64,000 nucleotides of DNA from Eledone cirrhosa (GCA_964016885.1 OZ024741.1:109678001-109742000); one strand, 5' to 3'. Shown: positions 28,117-41,268, numbered from the stretch's first letter. Numbers and translations: made by a program. The notes: generated from the letters alone by a model not told the origin.

Positions 28117-28118
<2 letters not shown>
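27610..28118 (+). mobile_element. HHR-bearing family C: two direct copies (HHRs 27657-27722 and 28013-28077) plus an inverted tail fragment at 27883-27931
   Basis: TATTTTGT-CTGATGA-A-GGcATACCA..TGGTATcCC-t-GAAA-TATGTA-TA-ATGAAATA. Both copies end in ..TTAATATCG(TA)n. Confidence 0.75.
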
Positions 28119-28192
<74 letters not shown>

Positions 28193-28427
28193 GGAAGTTG
28201 ACGGGACTAATAGAAGTTTCCCTGCTAGTACCGGTTGCACCTCACCGAAGGAGGTCTTTATATATATATATAACAAAGGAATTGTGGTAAGGAACCAGAT
28301 CGACCATAACGCACCAGAGTACTCAATACTTAGGGTAGTAGAGTGGGAAATAGGAAAAAGTATGACCACGACGGCAGATCTCAAGCCGTCGAAACGGCTT
28401 GAGCTCTGCCGTCGGGGGTCATACTTT

Positions 28428-28458
<31 letters not shown>

Positions 28459-28534
28459 CGAAGGAAATGTGGTAAGGAACCAGGTGGACCATAACGCACC
28501 AAATTACTCAATACTTAGGGTAGTAGAGTGGGTA

Positions 28535-28659
28535 ATAGGAACGAGTAGGACCCCGACGGCTGAGCTCAAGCCATTTCGACGGCTAATTCTGGACAATTCT
28601 TAGTCCAGAATTAGCCGTCGAAACGGCTTGAGCTCAGCCGTCGGAGTCCTTCTCATTCC

Positions 28660-28662
<3 letters not shown>
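28535..28662. repeat. Family B fold-back hairpin (~60-bp arms)
   Basis: ATAGGAACGAGTAGGACCCCGACGGC..CTGGAC aattctta GTCCAG..GCCGTCGGAGTCCTTCTCATTCCTAT. Confidence 0.85.
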
Positions 28663-28746
<84 letters not shown>

Positions 28747-29227
28747 ATTCTTCGGTCACAAATGACCATATGATTCGCACCTAGAAATATCCTTTCTGAG
28801 GCACAAGATGAGGCAAGATGATTTCCTGGAAAGGCTGATAAAGCTTGGCACCAGTGACGTCACAACTTATTTCTATAGCTGACTGAACTGGAGCAAGATG
28901 GAATAAGATGTTCAGCAATCGGACTCAGTGCCACACGATTGTTAATACGTTTTAATCACTATGACACACGCCTTCACACAAACATATATATAAGTATGTA
29001 TGTATATATAGTCAACCAACACTGAGCCGCTTATCTACTAATTAACGTATAGTGTCCACTCTGGATTGCAAATTCGTATTTACAACATAGGACTTTTGTA
29101 AATTCAACGAGTGAGTAGACAGAAGCCAGGATGTAAATGGATAGTTTCGTTAATCTTTATATATATATATATATAGTGAAAGAAAGAGTGAAAAATAACA
29201 TGGTCGGCAGTACAAAAAGGGTTTATA

Positions 29228-29340
29228 CAGTATTAGCAATTGTTTCATTGATTAGGTGAATCTAAAGGCCGCGGGTCACTCGAAATTGCGTCACTCGACC
29301 TTAAATACAGTGTGTCTCTGATCAAATCATCGGAATACTG
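29228..29340 (-). ncRNA. Degenerate hammerhead ribozyme with a long stem II
   Basis: Minus strand: CAGTATT-CCGATGA-tTTGATCAG..CTAATCAAt-GAAA-CAATTG-CT-AATACTG. Perfect 7-bp stem I and palindromic stem III, but the core and NUH site are mutated. Confidence 0.55.
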
Positions 29341-29400
29341 AGTACTCACAACCTCTAACTGGATTACCTAAAACGATAACTTGTTATCCCATATATATAC

Positions 29401-29463
<63 letters not shown>

Positions 29464-29642
29464 GGGAGAGAGATGTAAAATCCCGGTCGCGGTTTCAAGC
29501 GGTTTCGGCTTGTATGTTCAGCAAGCCTTTTCATTGGTCTTGGTAGTGTAATGCCTTTTATTTATCTCTATACCAACTCTACACCTCCCCATGTATCCAG
29601 TACTCACATGATTAGGGGTCTCCTCGGTCTCAGCCCTGCAGA

Positions 29643-29750
<108 letters not shown>

Positions 29751-29776
29751 GTGTGCGTGTGTGCGTGCGTGCGCGT

Positions 29777-29807
<31 letters not shown>

Positions 29808-30410
29808 CGTGCCTGTGTATGTATATTATGCCTAGGATTCATATAAGCATGTATATGTGTGTATATATAAGCATATATAATACATATATATGTATTTGTA
29901 TGCATGTTTGAAAATATTTATGTATGTTTATATGTACGTATGTAAGAATATATCTACTTATATGTATATGTATATAGGTGTATAGTTATATACATATATA
30001 TGTATATAAATATTTATTTATGTAATTAAAAAGCCAACCAAGGAGCCAGCCATGGTAGCAGTAATTGTATTTTCGCTGGCGTTCCTCACCTTAACGCGTT
30101 TATTCAATTTTTTATGATAAAATCTGAAAGAATCCTCAACACCAGACTTTTTCGCTTAGACGAATCGTTTCGCCAAAGAACCGGCAACGTCTATTGTTGG
30201 TGTTGTTGTAGTTGTTGTTGTTGTTGATGTTGTTGCTGTTGTTTTTGTTGATGTTGTTGCTGTTGTTAATGTTGTTGTTGTTGTTGTTCTTCTTCTTCTT
30301 CTCTTTAACACCATCAATATCCTCCCCCTCTACCTCCTCATCATGATCACCATCATAACCACGATTACCTTCTTCCTGCCTCGCCACCACTCATTCTATC
30401 TACACACACG

Positions 30411-30470
<60 letters not shown>

Positions 30471-31423
30471 ACTATCATATTGTTCCATGCCACTTTCATA
30501 TGCAATAGATAAATAGATAGTCATACGTACAGGCAGACAGACAGACAGACAGACAGATAGATAGATAGACAGACAGACAGATAGATAGACAGACAGATAG
30601 ATAGACAGACAGATAGACAGACAGACAGACAGACAGATAGATAGATAGATAGATAGATACATACATACATACATACATACATACATACATACATACATAC
30701 ATACATACATACATACATACATAGTGAAATAGATAGGAGACATTTATAGAGTAGTGGTAGAGGTGGGGTAGGGGTAGTAGTTGAATTGTTTGTAAATCTA
30801 CTTTGTGTATAAAGCTAATTAACTTGAGATAATTAAAATCAACACAGCAGTACAAGTGTTGTTGTCTGTGAGAAGTTATTTCCAGATGAAATGATGTGTG
30901 CAAAGTAGAACATGAAATTTGCCTTTGAAACTGGGCGGAAAATAAAGGAAAGAAGCAGGGGGTAGGGGTGGACGGAGATAGGGGGAGGAGGAGGAGGGGA
31001 AGGACGAGGAGGAGGCGGAGGAGGAGGAGGAGGAGGAGGAGGGAGGGAGAGGAGGAGGGAAAAACTAATTAGAGTGTAGGATGAATATGGTACCTGTAGG
31101 AGGTGTGCGATAAGCCATTGTTGTTGTCGTTGTTGTATACGTAGTGACGGTGGTGTTGGTGGTGGTGTCATACTGGTGGTGGTGATTGTGGTGGTGATGA
31201 TGGTGATGGTGTTGTTGTTGTTGTTATTCTCCTTGTTGTTGGCGTTGGTTGTGGTGATCCTGGTTCTGCTGTTGTTATAGGTGGTGGGTGGGTGTTGTTG
31301 TTGTGGGTAAAGGTGTTTGTGGTGTTGTTGTTGTTGTTGGTAGTGGTGGTGTAGTTGATGATGCTGGTCATGTTGTTGGTGCTAATGGTGGTGGTTGGTG
31401 GTATTGGCGGTGTTGGTGGTAAT

Positions 31424-31684
31424 GGTGCTAATGGTGTTGGGTGTGGTGGTGGTAGTGTTGGTGGTGGTAGTGGTGCTAATGGTGTTGGGTGTGGTGGTGG
31501 TAGTGTTGGTGGTGGTAGTGGTGCTAATGGTGTTGGGTGTGGTGGTGGTAGTGTTGGTGGTGGTAGTGGTGCTAATGGTGTTGGGTGTGGTGGTGGTAGT
31601 GTTGGTGGTGGTAGTGGTGCTAATGGTGTTGGGTGTGGTGGTGGTAGTGTTGGTGGTGGTAGAGGTGCTAATGGTGTTGGGTGA
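31424..31684. repeat. 48-bp minisatellite, ~5.4 near-perfect units
   Basis: GGTGCTAATGGTGTTGGGTGTGGTGGTGGTAGTGTTGGTGGTGGTAGT starting at 31424, 31472, 31520, 31568, 31616 and 31664. Confidence 0.9.
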
Positions 31685-31731
31685 GGTGGTGGTATTGGTG
31701 ATGGTGGTGCTGGTGTTGGTGCTGGTTGTTG

Positions 31732-31763
<32 letters not shown>

Positions 31764-32636
31764 GGTGGTGGTGGTGGTGGTGGTGGTGGTGGTGGTGGTG
31801 GTGGTGGTATTGGTGGTGGTGGTGGTGCTGGTGTTGGCGCTGGTTGTTGTTGTTGTTGGTGGTATTGGTGATGGTTATGCTGGTGGTGCTGGTGTTGGTG
31901 CTGGTTGTTGTTGTTGTTGTTGGTGGTGGTGGTATTGGTGGTGGTGGTGGTGGTGGTGTTGGTAGTGGTGGTGGTGGTAGCGATGGTTATTGTGTTGTTG
32001 TTTATGATTATTATGTTCGAGGGTGTGGTGTTGATGACATAGACAGAGTGGTGTAATCATTAACGTTGTTGGTGTTGGCGTTATATTAGACGTGGTGATG
32101 GCAACGGTGTTGATGTTGAGGGTGCTGACGTTGGTGGTGATGGTGACGGTGTTGATTTCGAGTGTGTTGAGGTTGGTGGTGATGATGACGGTGTAGGTGT
32201 TGTTGATATTGGTGATGATATTAGTGTTACTGTTGTTGTTGTTGTGGTTGTTGTTGTGGTTGTTGTTGTGGTTGTTGTTGTTGGTTGTGGTGGAAGTAAT
32301 AGTATTACTATGGTAATCTCCAATAGTTTAATAAACTCACATAACATCCCTATAATACGTTTCTTCAAGCCAACCCTCTACAATACTCAAAATAACAGGT
32401 ATACACACATATCTAGGATTTTACTGTATTTACATAAATTTTCGTTGGTAACCCTCTCGTCAAATATTCGACTAGCATATCTAGGTTTACATCATCTACT
32501 ATGTGCTAACTGAGGCCACATTAAGGGTTATTTGACTGCGATTTGTAGCAGTTGCGGTATAGTCTAGGCCTTACCAATTGACGTATGTATACATGTGTGT
32601 GTGTGTACGTGTGTTTATGTTTGTGTGCGTGCACAC

Positions 32637-32693
<57 letters not shown>

Positions 32694-32705
32694 TATATAT
32701 ATATA

Positions 32706-32838
32706 TTTTAATATAGATGAGATTCTACAGGACTAGAACTGTTTCATTCTTTAGAAATCATCAGGAATCCATGAGATTCCTGATGATTTCTAAAGAATGA
32801 AACAGTTCTAGTCCTGTAGAATCTCATCTATATTAAAA
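32706..32838. repeat. Perfect 64-bp inverted repeat (5-nt spacer CATGA) with an HHR on each strand
   Basis: 32706-32769 is the exact reverse complement of 32775-32838. Confidence 0.92.
32771..32827 (+). ncRNA. Type I hammerhead ribozyme
   Basis: ATGAGATTC-CTGATGA-tTTC(taaa)GAAt-GAAA-CAG(ttctagtc)CTG-TA-GAATCTCAT. 9-bp stem I, 3-bp stem III plus the A-U pair, GUA cleavage. A mirror copy lies on the minus strand at ~32721-32769. Confidence 0.85.
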
Positions 32839-32909
32839 CTTTTATACTCTGCAATGTATTGAGTACCTTACTTAATGTGGTTACCTCCGACTCAACACTG
32901 AATAACGTA

Positions 32910-33000
<91 letters not shown>

Positions 33001-33006
<6 letters not shown>

Positions 33007-33143
33007 CGTAAAATAAGAAAATATCTTTAAAAAAAAAAAATTTTTTTTTAATTTTTTACTTACTTTGAAAATTTAAGTAAGTAAACAATTTAAAAAAATT
33101 TTTTTTTTTTTTTTAAAGATATTTTCTTATTTTACGTCTTTTA
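33001..33143. repeat. AT-rich fold-back (~65-bp arms) next to (TA)n
   Basis: AAAAGACGTAAAATAAGAAAATATCTTTAAAA..TTACTTACTT / AAGTAAGTAA..TTTAAAGATATTTTCTTATTTTACGTCTTTT. Confidence 0.85.
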
Positions 33144-33257
33144 TATTATTGTTCTGCATTCTCCTGCATTGAACCACCTAGGTACTATGACATAACCTGT
33201 GTATTTGCTAGCATGGGCGTGCATCTGTGCGCTTATGTTAGTTGATATATTAAATTA

Positions 33258-33330
<73 letters not shown>

Positions 33331-33335
<5 letters not shown>

Positions 33336-33421
33336 CAACAGTGACATAGACTGGTACTCAAATTTCGCTGGGTCCAGACCCCAACGAAACTTGAGTACCT
33401 GTCTATGTCATTATTGTAATT
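33331..33421. repeat. Imperfect fold-back hairpin
   Basis: AATTACAACAGTGACATAGACTGGTACTCAAATTTCG..GGGTC ca GACCC..CGAAACTTGAGTACCTGTCTATGTCATTATTGTAATT. Confidence 0.8.
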
Positions 33422-33491
33422 ATTTATACTAAACTCGTCCTGTGGACTGAGTACTCTTACTCTTGGATATTTACACTTAACTTTTACTTCA

Positions 33492-33529
<38 letters not shown>

Positions 33530-33599
33530 TTTTTTTTTGGGGGGGGGGGGCGTGTGTCTGTGTGTTTTTTGTCTTTTTGTTTTGTTTTAATTTTTCTCA

Positions 33600-33765
33600 A
33601 TTTTTCTCTTCTCAAACTTTATCTTTCTATTTCATCTTTTATTTCTCATTCTATCTTCAGATGAAAGACAAGTGTCCGAAACGTTAAGATTGTTTTCCTA
33701 TTATTTCAATCGTTAAACTAATATATTTATTATTTGTACTGTATCGTTTACTTTGTTATTTGTAC
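33600..33765 (+). mobile_element. Family A HHR element (degenerate HHR 33653-33690)
   Basis: ATCTT-CAGATGA-A-AGAC(aagt)GTCC-GAAACGTT-AAGAT; homologous to 8480-8640(-). Confidence 0.7.
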
Positions 33766-34565
33766 AATGAAGACCATAGAAGGAGTCAACAAGCGGTTCA
33801 ACCCTAAAGGCAGCCTAACCAGGAACGCAGTGTCTGTAATGAAATTCGAATGACTATAATAGGTTTGGCAATGTTACCTCGCTTTGTAAATCATTTTATG
33901 CAAGCTCTGCCTCTCCTCATGACCTTTCTGTTAAAGTTGCAATAAAGATTTCTCTTTTATTTATCAGACGTAACATGACAATATCATTCCACTGCATTTT
34001 CGAAAGTCCCTCTATATATATATTCGTCCGTTTTCAGCGAAACTAATTAATTTATTCAAAAGTTTAATTGTGGTTATCACCTATTACTATATCTATCTGC
34101 ATTGTGGTGAATATACTTTCAAATTTCAAATTTCCCAGTGATTCATAAAACAACCATACCCCCCCCCCCCCACACACACACATACACACGCGCACACATA
34201 CACACATACACACACACACATACACACACAAACACACACACACACACACACATATGTATATATATAGAGAGATATTCAAACCAACGAACAGCAGAGGACA
34301 CGTATCGCTCCTCTCCGACAGATAACCCCCCGAAAAACCCCCTAGTTGATGGATGTGAATCCGAAATATAGGGACAATTAAATCTCTCCCAAGGTAACTC
34401 TATCTCGGGTTATTTTATTTTTTACGCTCTTTCCTACGTTCTTCTACACACTATACATCTCATTCTACATTCACTTACATCTTTCTCTTCACCACCGGAT
34501 CTTGTTACCCGGAGAATTACCCATCTGCTTTGTTGAGGCTTCCAAAACGACCAAAAGAAACATAT

Positions 34566-34659
<94 letters not shown>

Positions 34660-34747
34660 CGTGCGTGCGTGTGTGCGTTCGCGTGTGTGTGTGTATATTA
34701 TATACATATATATATTATATATATATATATATATATCTGTATATATG

Positions 34748-34784
<37 letters not shown>

Positions 34785-34869
34785 AAAAGGTAAACAGAAA
34801 AATCAACACAATCGGTACAGTATATGGAAGGTATATATTAGGTTAACGCTTGATGTAGCAGGAAGAGGG

Positions 34870-34905
34870 TCTTAACGTTTCGGACGCTAGTCCTTCATCA
34901 GAAGA
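34870..34905 (-). ncRNA. Minimal type I hammerhead ribozyme (family A)
   Basis: Minus strand: TCTT-CTGATGA-A-GGAC(tagc)GTCC-GAAA-CG-TT-AAGA, with palindromic ACGT stem III and GUU cleavage triplet. Confidence 0.8.
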
Positions 34906-34952
34906 AAGAATGAGAAATAAAATAGATTGAGGAGACGGGCGGGTTGGAAATG

Positions 34953-35004
<52 letters not shown>

Positions 35005-35522
35005 GGGGGGGAGTGAGAGAGAGAGAAAGTGACAGACAACAAAGTTGAAAGATTGCAGCGTTCGTGTGTGACAGACGGGGAAAAAGTAGCAGAAACAATA
35101 TTACATTGATTCATTTATAACCCCTCTTTATAAATATACACCTACGCAAACCCAGAGAAAAATCTGTATAAAGCGCTATATATTCCGATATATAATACCA
35201 CAACAAATATAAATACAGACTAGGAAAAATAGTTCTATGTATGAGTGTAAAAAAAAAAAGGTTCTGTTTGTCACACCATCTGCAGATGTCATTAATGGGA
35301 ATATTTTACCATAAATCTGTACGTTGGTATTCCACACCTCCATGTCAACAGATCCCGTTTCCGTGAACTTTGACACCGTTTAGGGGTGCAGCAAACAAGT
35401 TATTTGAGACTATTGCAACACACATCACATATTTTTTTCTTGTTTAATAACTTTTAATTTATAAATCTTGTAATACACACGAACACATACACGCATATAT
35501 GTGGATATATATATATATATAT

Positions 35523-35733
35523 ATAAATGGAAAAAATGAAATTTCATTTCTCACTCTTAGCACGGCTGATACTTAAATGTAAGTATGTATACGTACATAC
35601 ATATATATATACAGACGTACAGTAGTATGTATATACATACATACATGCACACATATATATATGTACGTATGGGTTTACCGAACAATTATTATAATGCTCG
35701 GTTTGTTTGTAAACAAACAGCCCGAATTAAGCC

Positions 35734-35735
<2 letters not shown>
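35523..35735 (-). mobile_element. Partial copy of the ~413-bp HHR element of 40971-41819
   Basis: TAAATGGAAAA..GAAATTTCATTTCTCACTCTTAGCACGGCTGATACTTAAA..GTAAACAAACAGCCCGAATTA is shared with 40971-41160 and 41377-41418. Confidence 0.85.
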
Positions 35736-35827
<92 letters not shown>

Positions 35828-35861
35828 ACGTGTACATACATATATATATATATACATATAT

Positions 35862-35950
<89 letters not shown>

Positions 35951-36202
35951 CATGTATGTATATATTATCAATATCCTTTTGTCGAACATCTAGTTTTCGA
36001 AACATCAACAAACAGTATACGTAAATACACGCACACATATACATTATACGAGTGAAACTAGCAGTTCGACAAGAGGATATCGATAAAATATATACGGGAC
36101 TAACCGGTTTGATATAATCAACTAAATCCGTTAAAGGCGATGTCCCAGCAGTGTCCCAATCTAATGAGTGAAATAAGTAAATGATCCCGAATAAGTATAT
36201 GC

Positions 36203-36267
<65 letters not shown>

Positions 36268-36740
36268 TGTGTGTTTGTGTGTGCGCGCGCGTGCCTGTGT
36301 GCGTGTGTTTATATATGTATGCATTTCTTTCTTACTTTCTCTGCCTTCATATATATATATATGGGGGGGGGGGGTATACATCACTACTCTAATTCTAAGG
36401 TCTGTGATTTGTTTTGCAGACTTTTATTTATATTATCCTTAATATAATTACTGGACTATATGCCATGTTATTTCTTACAGCTCCGTAAATCACTAATATA
36501 TAATAACTGAAATGTGGTGTGTTTGCCTGATATTATATAGGTTGAAGGAGATGTATACGTACTGAGCAGAGTGACATGCAAATATTCAGAGGGTTGTGGA
36601 GGCGTAGAACTTCATATTGAAACTCATGCGCGTATATATATATAGAAACACATATATGCTTGCACATTTTAAAGTTTTCTTTACACTCGTCGTTATTTTT
36701 CATAAATGGAATATACATATATGAAATATATGTATAGGTA

Positions 36741-37711
36741 TCAGGTTGTATCGAAAGTTCTGTCCATTCATTAACGCTCGATAAAACAATTAAAAACACA
36801 ATATCAGATATTAATTGTTAATATAGTCACCAATTTCCTCTATGGCCTCCCTAGTCTTCTCTTGAAGTAAGTCTTAATCAACTCAAATGATTTTGCAAAC
36901 TTCTAAAGAGATGGTGTTTTGTTGGCGGTTGATGGTTTTTTTGTTGATGGTTTATTATTTAATTGTTGCCTAGCAGCTTGTGACAAATTATCCCCCGCAT
37001 ATCCCATCACACACTCAGAGGAATCTTCCTTGGATGCAGGCCACTTCTGGGCTGCTGAGCTGGCTCTTTACGACGTCTTCGCTTAACAACATGGTAGAGT
37101 ATCTATTTTCTTTTCTTGAATAATGATTATGTTAAAAAGAGGCATTTGCAGCTCACAAGAACGCAGTGATGCATAGCATTCAACACGTTGTTTGTGAATC
37201 TCGGCAGAGAGATCATGCAGAATCTTTGACACTTTACAAAGAGTTTTTAATTCACGATGAATGGTGGTATGGCTCAACTAAAGTCCGTCCTTAGTTCCTA
37301 TACTGTAACGGTCGTGTTTGCACGAAGAGCGACTTTCAATGCATCAGAATCCGGCCCTCTTGAGCACCCTTCTCTTGATTCGTCCTGCAGGATTTAGTCC
37401 CCGTTTCTGAATCGTGAAAACCATCTCATGCATAGTCTTTCAGTCAATACGTCAACTTCATATGTAGTTTGGAGTGATTTTGCTGCGGCAGGTTTTTGAA
37501 ATTCATAAAGAATAACATGACGAATGTGTACTTTGCTTGGAGTGATCATGGTGTGAACAGCTTCAATAAAGATAGATTTTATAAAATCTGAAAGAAAATT
37601 AAACATATTCCTGATTTCGAAATATTTCAAATATTGAGAAGTTAGACCCCTTTAAATTTAATTGGAGATTTACATTTTTAAAAAACGCAAAGAACTTACG
37701 TTACAACCTGA
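36741..37711 (-). mobile_element. Internally deleted, decayed mariner (Tc1/mariner) transposon
   Basis: TIRs TCAGGTTGTA..AAGTTCT at both ends, flanked by TA. Minus-strand peptides KVHIRHVILYEFQK..RWFSRFRNGD and SHTTIHRELKTL..HDLS..KQRVECYASL match the mariner HTH region. Confidence 0.85.
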
Positions 37712-38010
37712 TATATATTTACATTTTTTTTCCATTTTCTTAAGATTGCTTTTTGTACATAATATATAGTGTTTGACCGGGAAACAGCAGCAGAGACGAC
37801 ACTATTCCTACCCGACTTGAATCACGTAATGATGTAATGACAGCTAAACTAGTTTGCATAATTTAATAACTGTCTCGGTTTTCGTTCATTTCGTGCAATG
37901 GCGTTTAATATGTCACTTCTATTCATCTAGCTGTTGTTATGTTGCTGTTGATCACGTCTGCCGTTCTTTATGTCATTGTGTGTATATGTGAATGTAAATT
38001 TTTATGTATG

Positions 38011-38077
<67 letters not shown>

Positions 38078-39261
38078 TTATGTGTGTGGCTAAGTATTTA
38101 GTGACACCTAAGAGTTGAATCTAATTTTATCGTGTGATAATTGTGATTGATGAACGGAGTCTTTATATAGGCCAAATTATATAATATATGTAAATGCCCG
38201 TGGCCTAATAGTTATAGTGTTCAACTAAATATATTGTCTTACAAACATTGTGCAGCTAAAAAAATGACATAAAACAAAATATATTCACGTATTTTATAAA
38301 CAAAAGAATCAGAAAATCTTTCAAAATTCCCAAACTATCTTCCAAAATGTCTCTGATAAAAGCAAAACAGAATAATCTTTGAAGCATTTACATTTTGTAA
38401 GGAATATTTTAGTTTTAAAAGCTCTTGAAGTTCTTGGTTATGGCATACTAGACTTACCTATGTTTACTAGTACCTAAAAAGTGAAAGCGCAGACTAATGG
38501 TTATGGTGCTAAACTTAGAGCACAATGCCATGTGTTTCATTCTTCGGTCGGATAGAATGGTGTGTTCTTAAACAAAACACTTCGTTTCACGTTGTTCCAC
38601 TCAAGACGACCGGTATGGGGCTAATACTTCGATGGTCTGGTATTCTGTTCAGGGAGAATTCTTATGTTACCAGTTGCTAAGCGCTAATGAAACCAGGATA
38701 TGCTCCAGTCTGATGAGCGTCCAGGCTTGGGACTGACTTTGTTTTAACATTTAGAATATATCAGATGAATTTTACTTTAGAGTATAATCACATAAACTTG
38801 TTTTGAATACTGATGACAATCTCCAGTTTGTCCGGAAATATTGACTTTCTCAGAATTGTAACACCCAAGCCGCCCAGAACATGGTTAAACTGAGTTTCGT
38901 ACAAATGCACAAAAAATAAATATATATATATAGATAGATACTAAAATATAACTTTATTTCGTTTTTGCATTTGTTTTGCAAGATTCTTGTTGTGAAATCA
39001 TGGGTTGAAAGAAATATTGCCATACTTTGGGAGGGCTGTGCTGTCAATAAATACACGCACCGGTTGAGTTTTACTTCGGTTTCCAGTATTAGTCTTGTAA
39101 CTAATCCATTCATCGCTTGGTTTTACAGCCAAACGGTTATTCAATTATCACAGCTCTTTTGACACACATTCTGTAACGTTCTCAATAACTTTTTGCCATT
39201 TCTGTCCTCTCTTTGATTCGCTTATGCTCCAGTTACACCTTTATTTTCTTTGTTTTTAAAT

Positions 39262-39590
39262 AATAATAATTGTTTCTACTTTTGGCACAAGACCAGCAAT
39301 TACCCAGTGCATTACTGGTACTTTATTTTATCGACCCCGTAAGGATGAAAGGCAAAGTTAACCTCGGCGGGATTTGAACTCAGTAATAATAATGATGATG
39401 ATTTCTACGGTAGGCACAAGGTCAGCAATTTGGGGGGTAGGGGAAAGTCGATTAAATCGACCCCAGTTCATTACTGGTGCTTTATTTTATCGACCCTGTA
39501 AGGATGAAGGGCAACGCTATCCAGAACGTAAAGGGTCATAAATCTATGCTGCAACGCATGTTTTCCGACGCTCTACTGTTACTGCCAAAT
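39262..39590 (-). mobile_element. Two OK-like SINE copies (~39262-39383 and ~39385-39590)
   Basis: GGCACAAGACCAGCAATT..ACTGGTACTTTATTTTATCGACCCCGTAAGGATGAAAGGC occurs twice. Confidence 0.8.
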
Positions 39591-40290
39591 AATAATCTCT
39601 GGATGTAAACTTTTAGCAGAATTTTAGTAAAATTTCCTATTTAAACCTAGTTTATCTAGCTTTTATCCCCCTATTCATCGCATAAACTCAAATGCACTTG
39701 ATATCATTTAAATTATAAATCCCTTATGATCCCTTCCAGCATTACATTATCTATTTATGTATAATCCACTTAACTATTTTATTTATATACATTCGTATAT
39801 ACACCCAGAAATCTACAGAATTTTTTTCCTACATCTTTTACGTATATGAATATATAAGGATAACGCAACTGCCCGATATACGGCAGGTGCGAATTCGATT
39901 ACTGCGAATGACGCTGTCCACTACTAACCGGTTCCTGGGGTTTATATGCTTCACTATTTTATAGTTAAACCTGGATTGTTGATAATTAAAATAAGCTAAC
40001 ACGCTTTCAAAATCAATGTGTATGTGTGCTTGTATGTGTGCGTGCGTGAGTCATACCTTTTAATGTCCCCTTGCCATGAACGATGGATTGACTGGAATAT
40101 CAGTTTCCGAGTATTTTCTTATTGGAAGTTATTGCTTTCCTAGATGATGTTTCGCTTCTACGTTCCAAAATGGCGTGGATTCAACAATTTGTAACTTTTC
40201 TTAACACCATCCACTTGTACTATATCCTATTTATTACACTACCAGCAGTAAATAAATAGAAGGGCGTAATATATATATATATATATTTAT

Positions 40291-40322
<32 letters not shown>

Positions 40323-40429
40323 GTATATGAAACAGTTAATTTAATGCCAAAACATACATTGAGGGGGGGGGGGGGATAGAAGCTAGACAAACTAATATTA
40401 GCAGATTTAGCTCATATCGTCTTCCTAAC

Positions 40430-40720
40430 AGCGGTTTTTGGAATAAAGAAAGAAACAATATTTATAATCCCAATAAATTAAGACAACCAATATTGGAAGA
40501 AATTCCTTCATCAGAGTTTCTTTGGATTTAGAAAAAAACATTCGTAGATAGTATATGAACCTTGCCGTTATCAAACAGCATGGTGCGTTGAATAACAAGT
40601 GCGTCATTCGACTACTAAATGAATGTGTATCAGGACAATATAACAGGTGTCCAGTGACGCTAGAAATAACATCCATTATACCCAACTATCGACTCAACAA
40701 TTAAGGAGTAGCAAATTTCA
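40430..40720 (+). mobile_element. Possible highly decayed PLE fragment of the same clade as 56372-58871
   Basis: Short translated stretches KERNNIYNP, TTNIGRN and C....RCP appear in the order of the RNIIWYNxP..TNIG..CxC.....CP motifs, with many frameshifts. Confidence 0.35.
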
Positions 40721-40724
40721 AGCA

Positions 40725-40940
40725 GAAAAATGATTTGTCATTAATATACTTGGACATCTCGATGAAAAAAATCAGAGAAGCCTTTAAAACATAGTTTATC
40801 TAATGCCAAAATATCAATTTGTCTAACCTGTTGTTCCCCCGGTGGATGTTACGGCATTAGATAAACTATGTGTTATATGCTTCTCTGTTTCTTTTCACTG
40901 AGATGTCTAAGTATATTAGTGACAAATAATGTTTTGACTC
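40725..40940. repeat. Imperfect inverted repeat (~80-bp arms)
   Basis: TTTGTCATTAATATACTTGGACATCTC..CAGAGAAGC..ACATAGTTTATCTAATGCC / GGCATTAGATAAACTATGT..GCTTCTCTG..GAGATGTCTAAGTATATTAGTGACAAA. Confidence 0.8.
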
Positions 40941-41209
40941 AAATACACACACACACACATATATATATGTAAAAGAATGAACGAAATTTCATTTCTCACT
41001 CTTAGTACGGCTGATACTTAAAGGTAAGTATGTATGTATACGTACAGTAGTATGTATATATATACATACATGCACATATATATATATATATGTACGTATG
41101 GATTTACCGAACATTTATTATAATGTTCGATTTATTTGTAAACAAACAGCCCGAATTACGCCTTACAGTGTTCAGGCAACCATCGTCGCCTTTTTGTTCA
41201 ACACTGACA

Positions 41210-41268
41210 CAGGAACGATGTACTAGTTTCAAGCTTATTAGCTATCGTCAGCATCGTATACCTTCCTG
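41210..41268 (-). ncRNA. Type I hammerhead ribozyme (left arm)
   Basis: Reverse complement of 41541-41599, identical through the ribozyme. Confidence 0.88.

Noticed and set aside
38709-38740. CTGATGAGC as a hammerhead core
   Set aside because: No GAAA or stem III follows; it sits in a degenerate SINE tail (~38490-38750).
38340-38860. HHR-like remnants at ~38343-38398 and ~38810-38850 (also ~47910-47975, ~6015-6040, ~55598-55650)
   Set aside because: Two or more core positions or stems are broken, so they cannot be told from chance without a family alignment.
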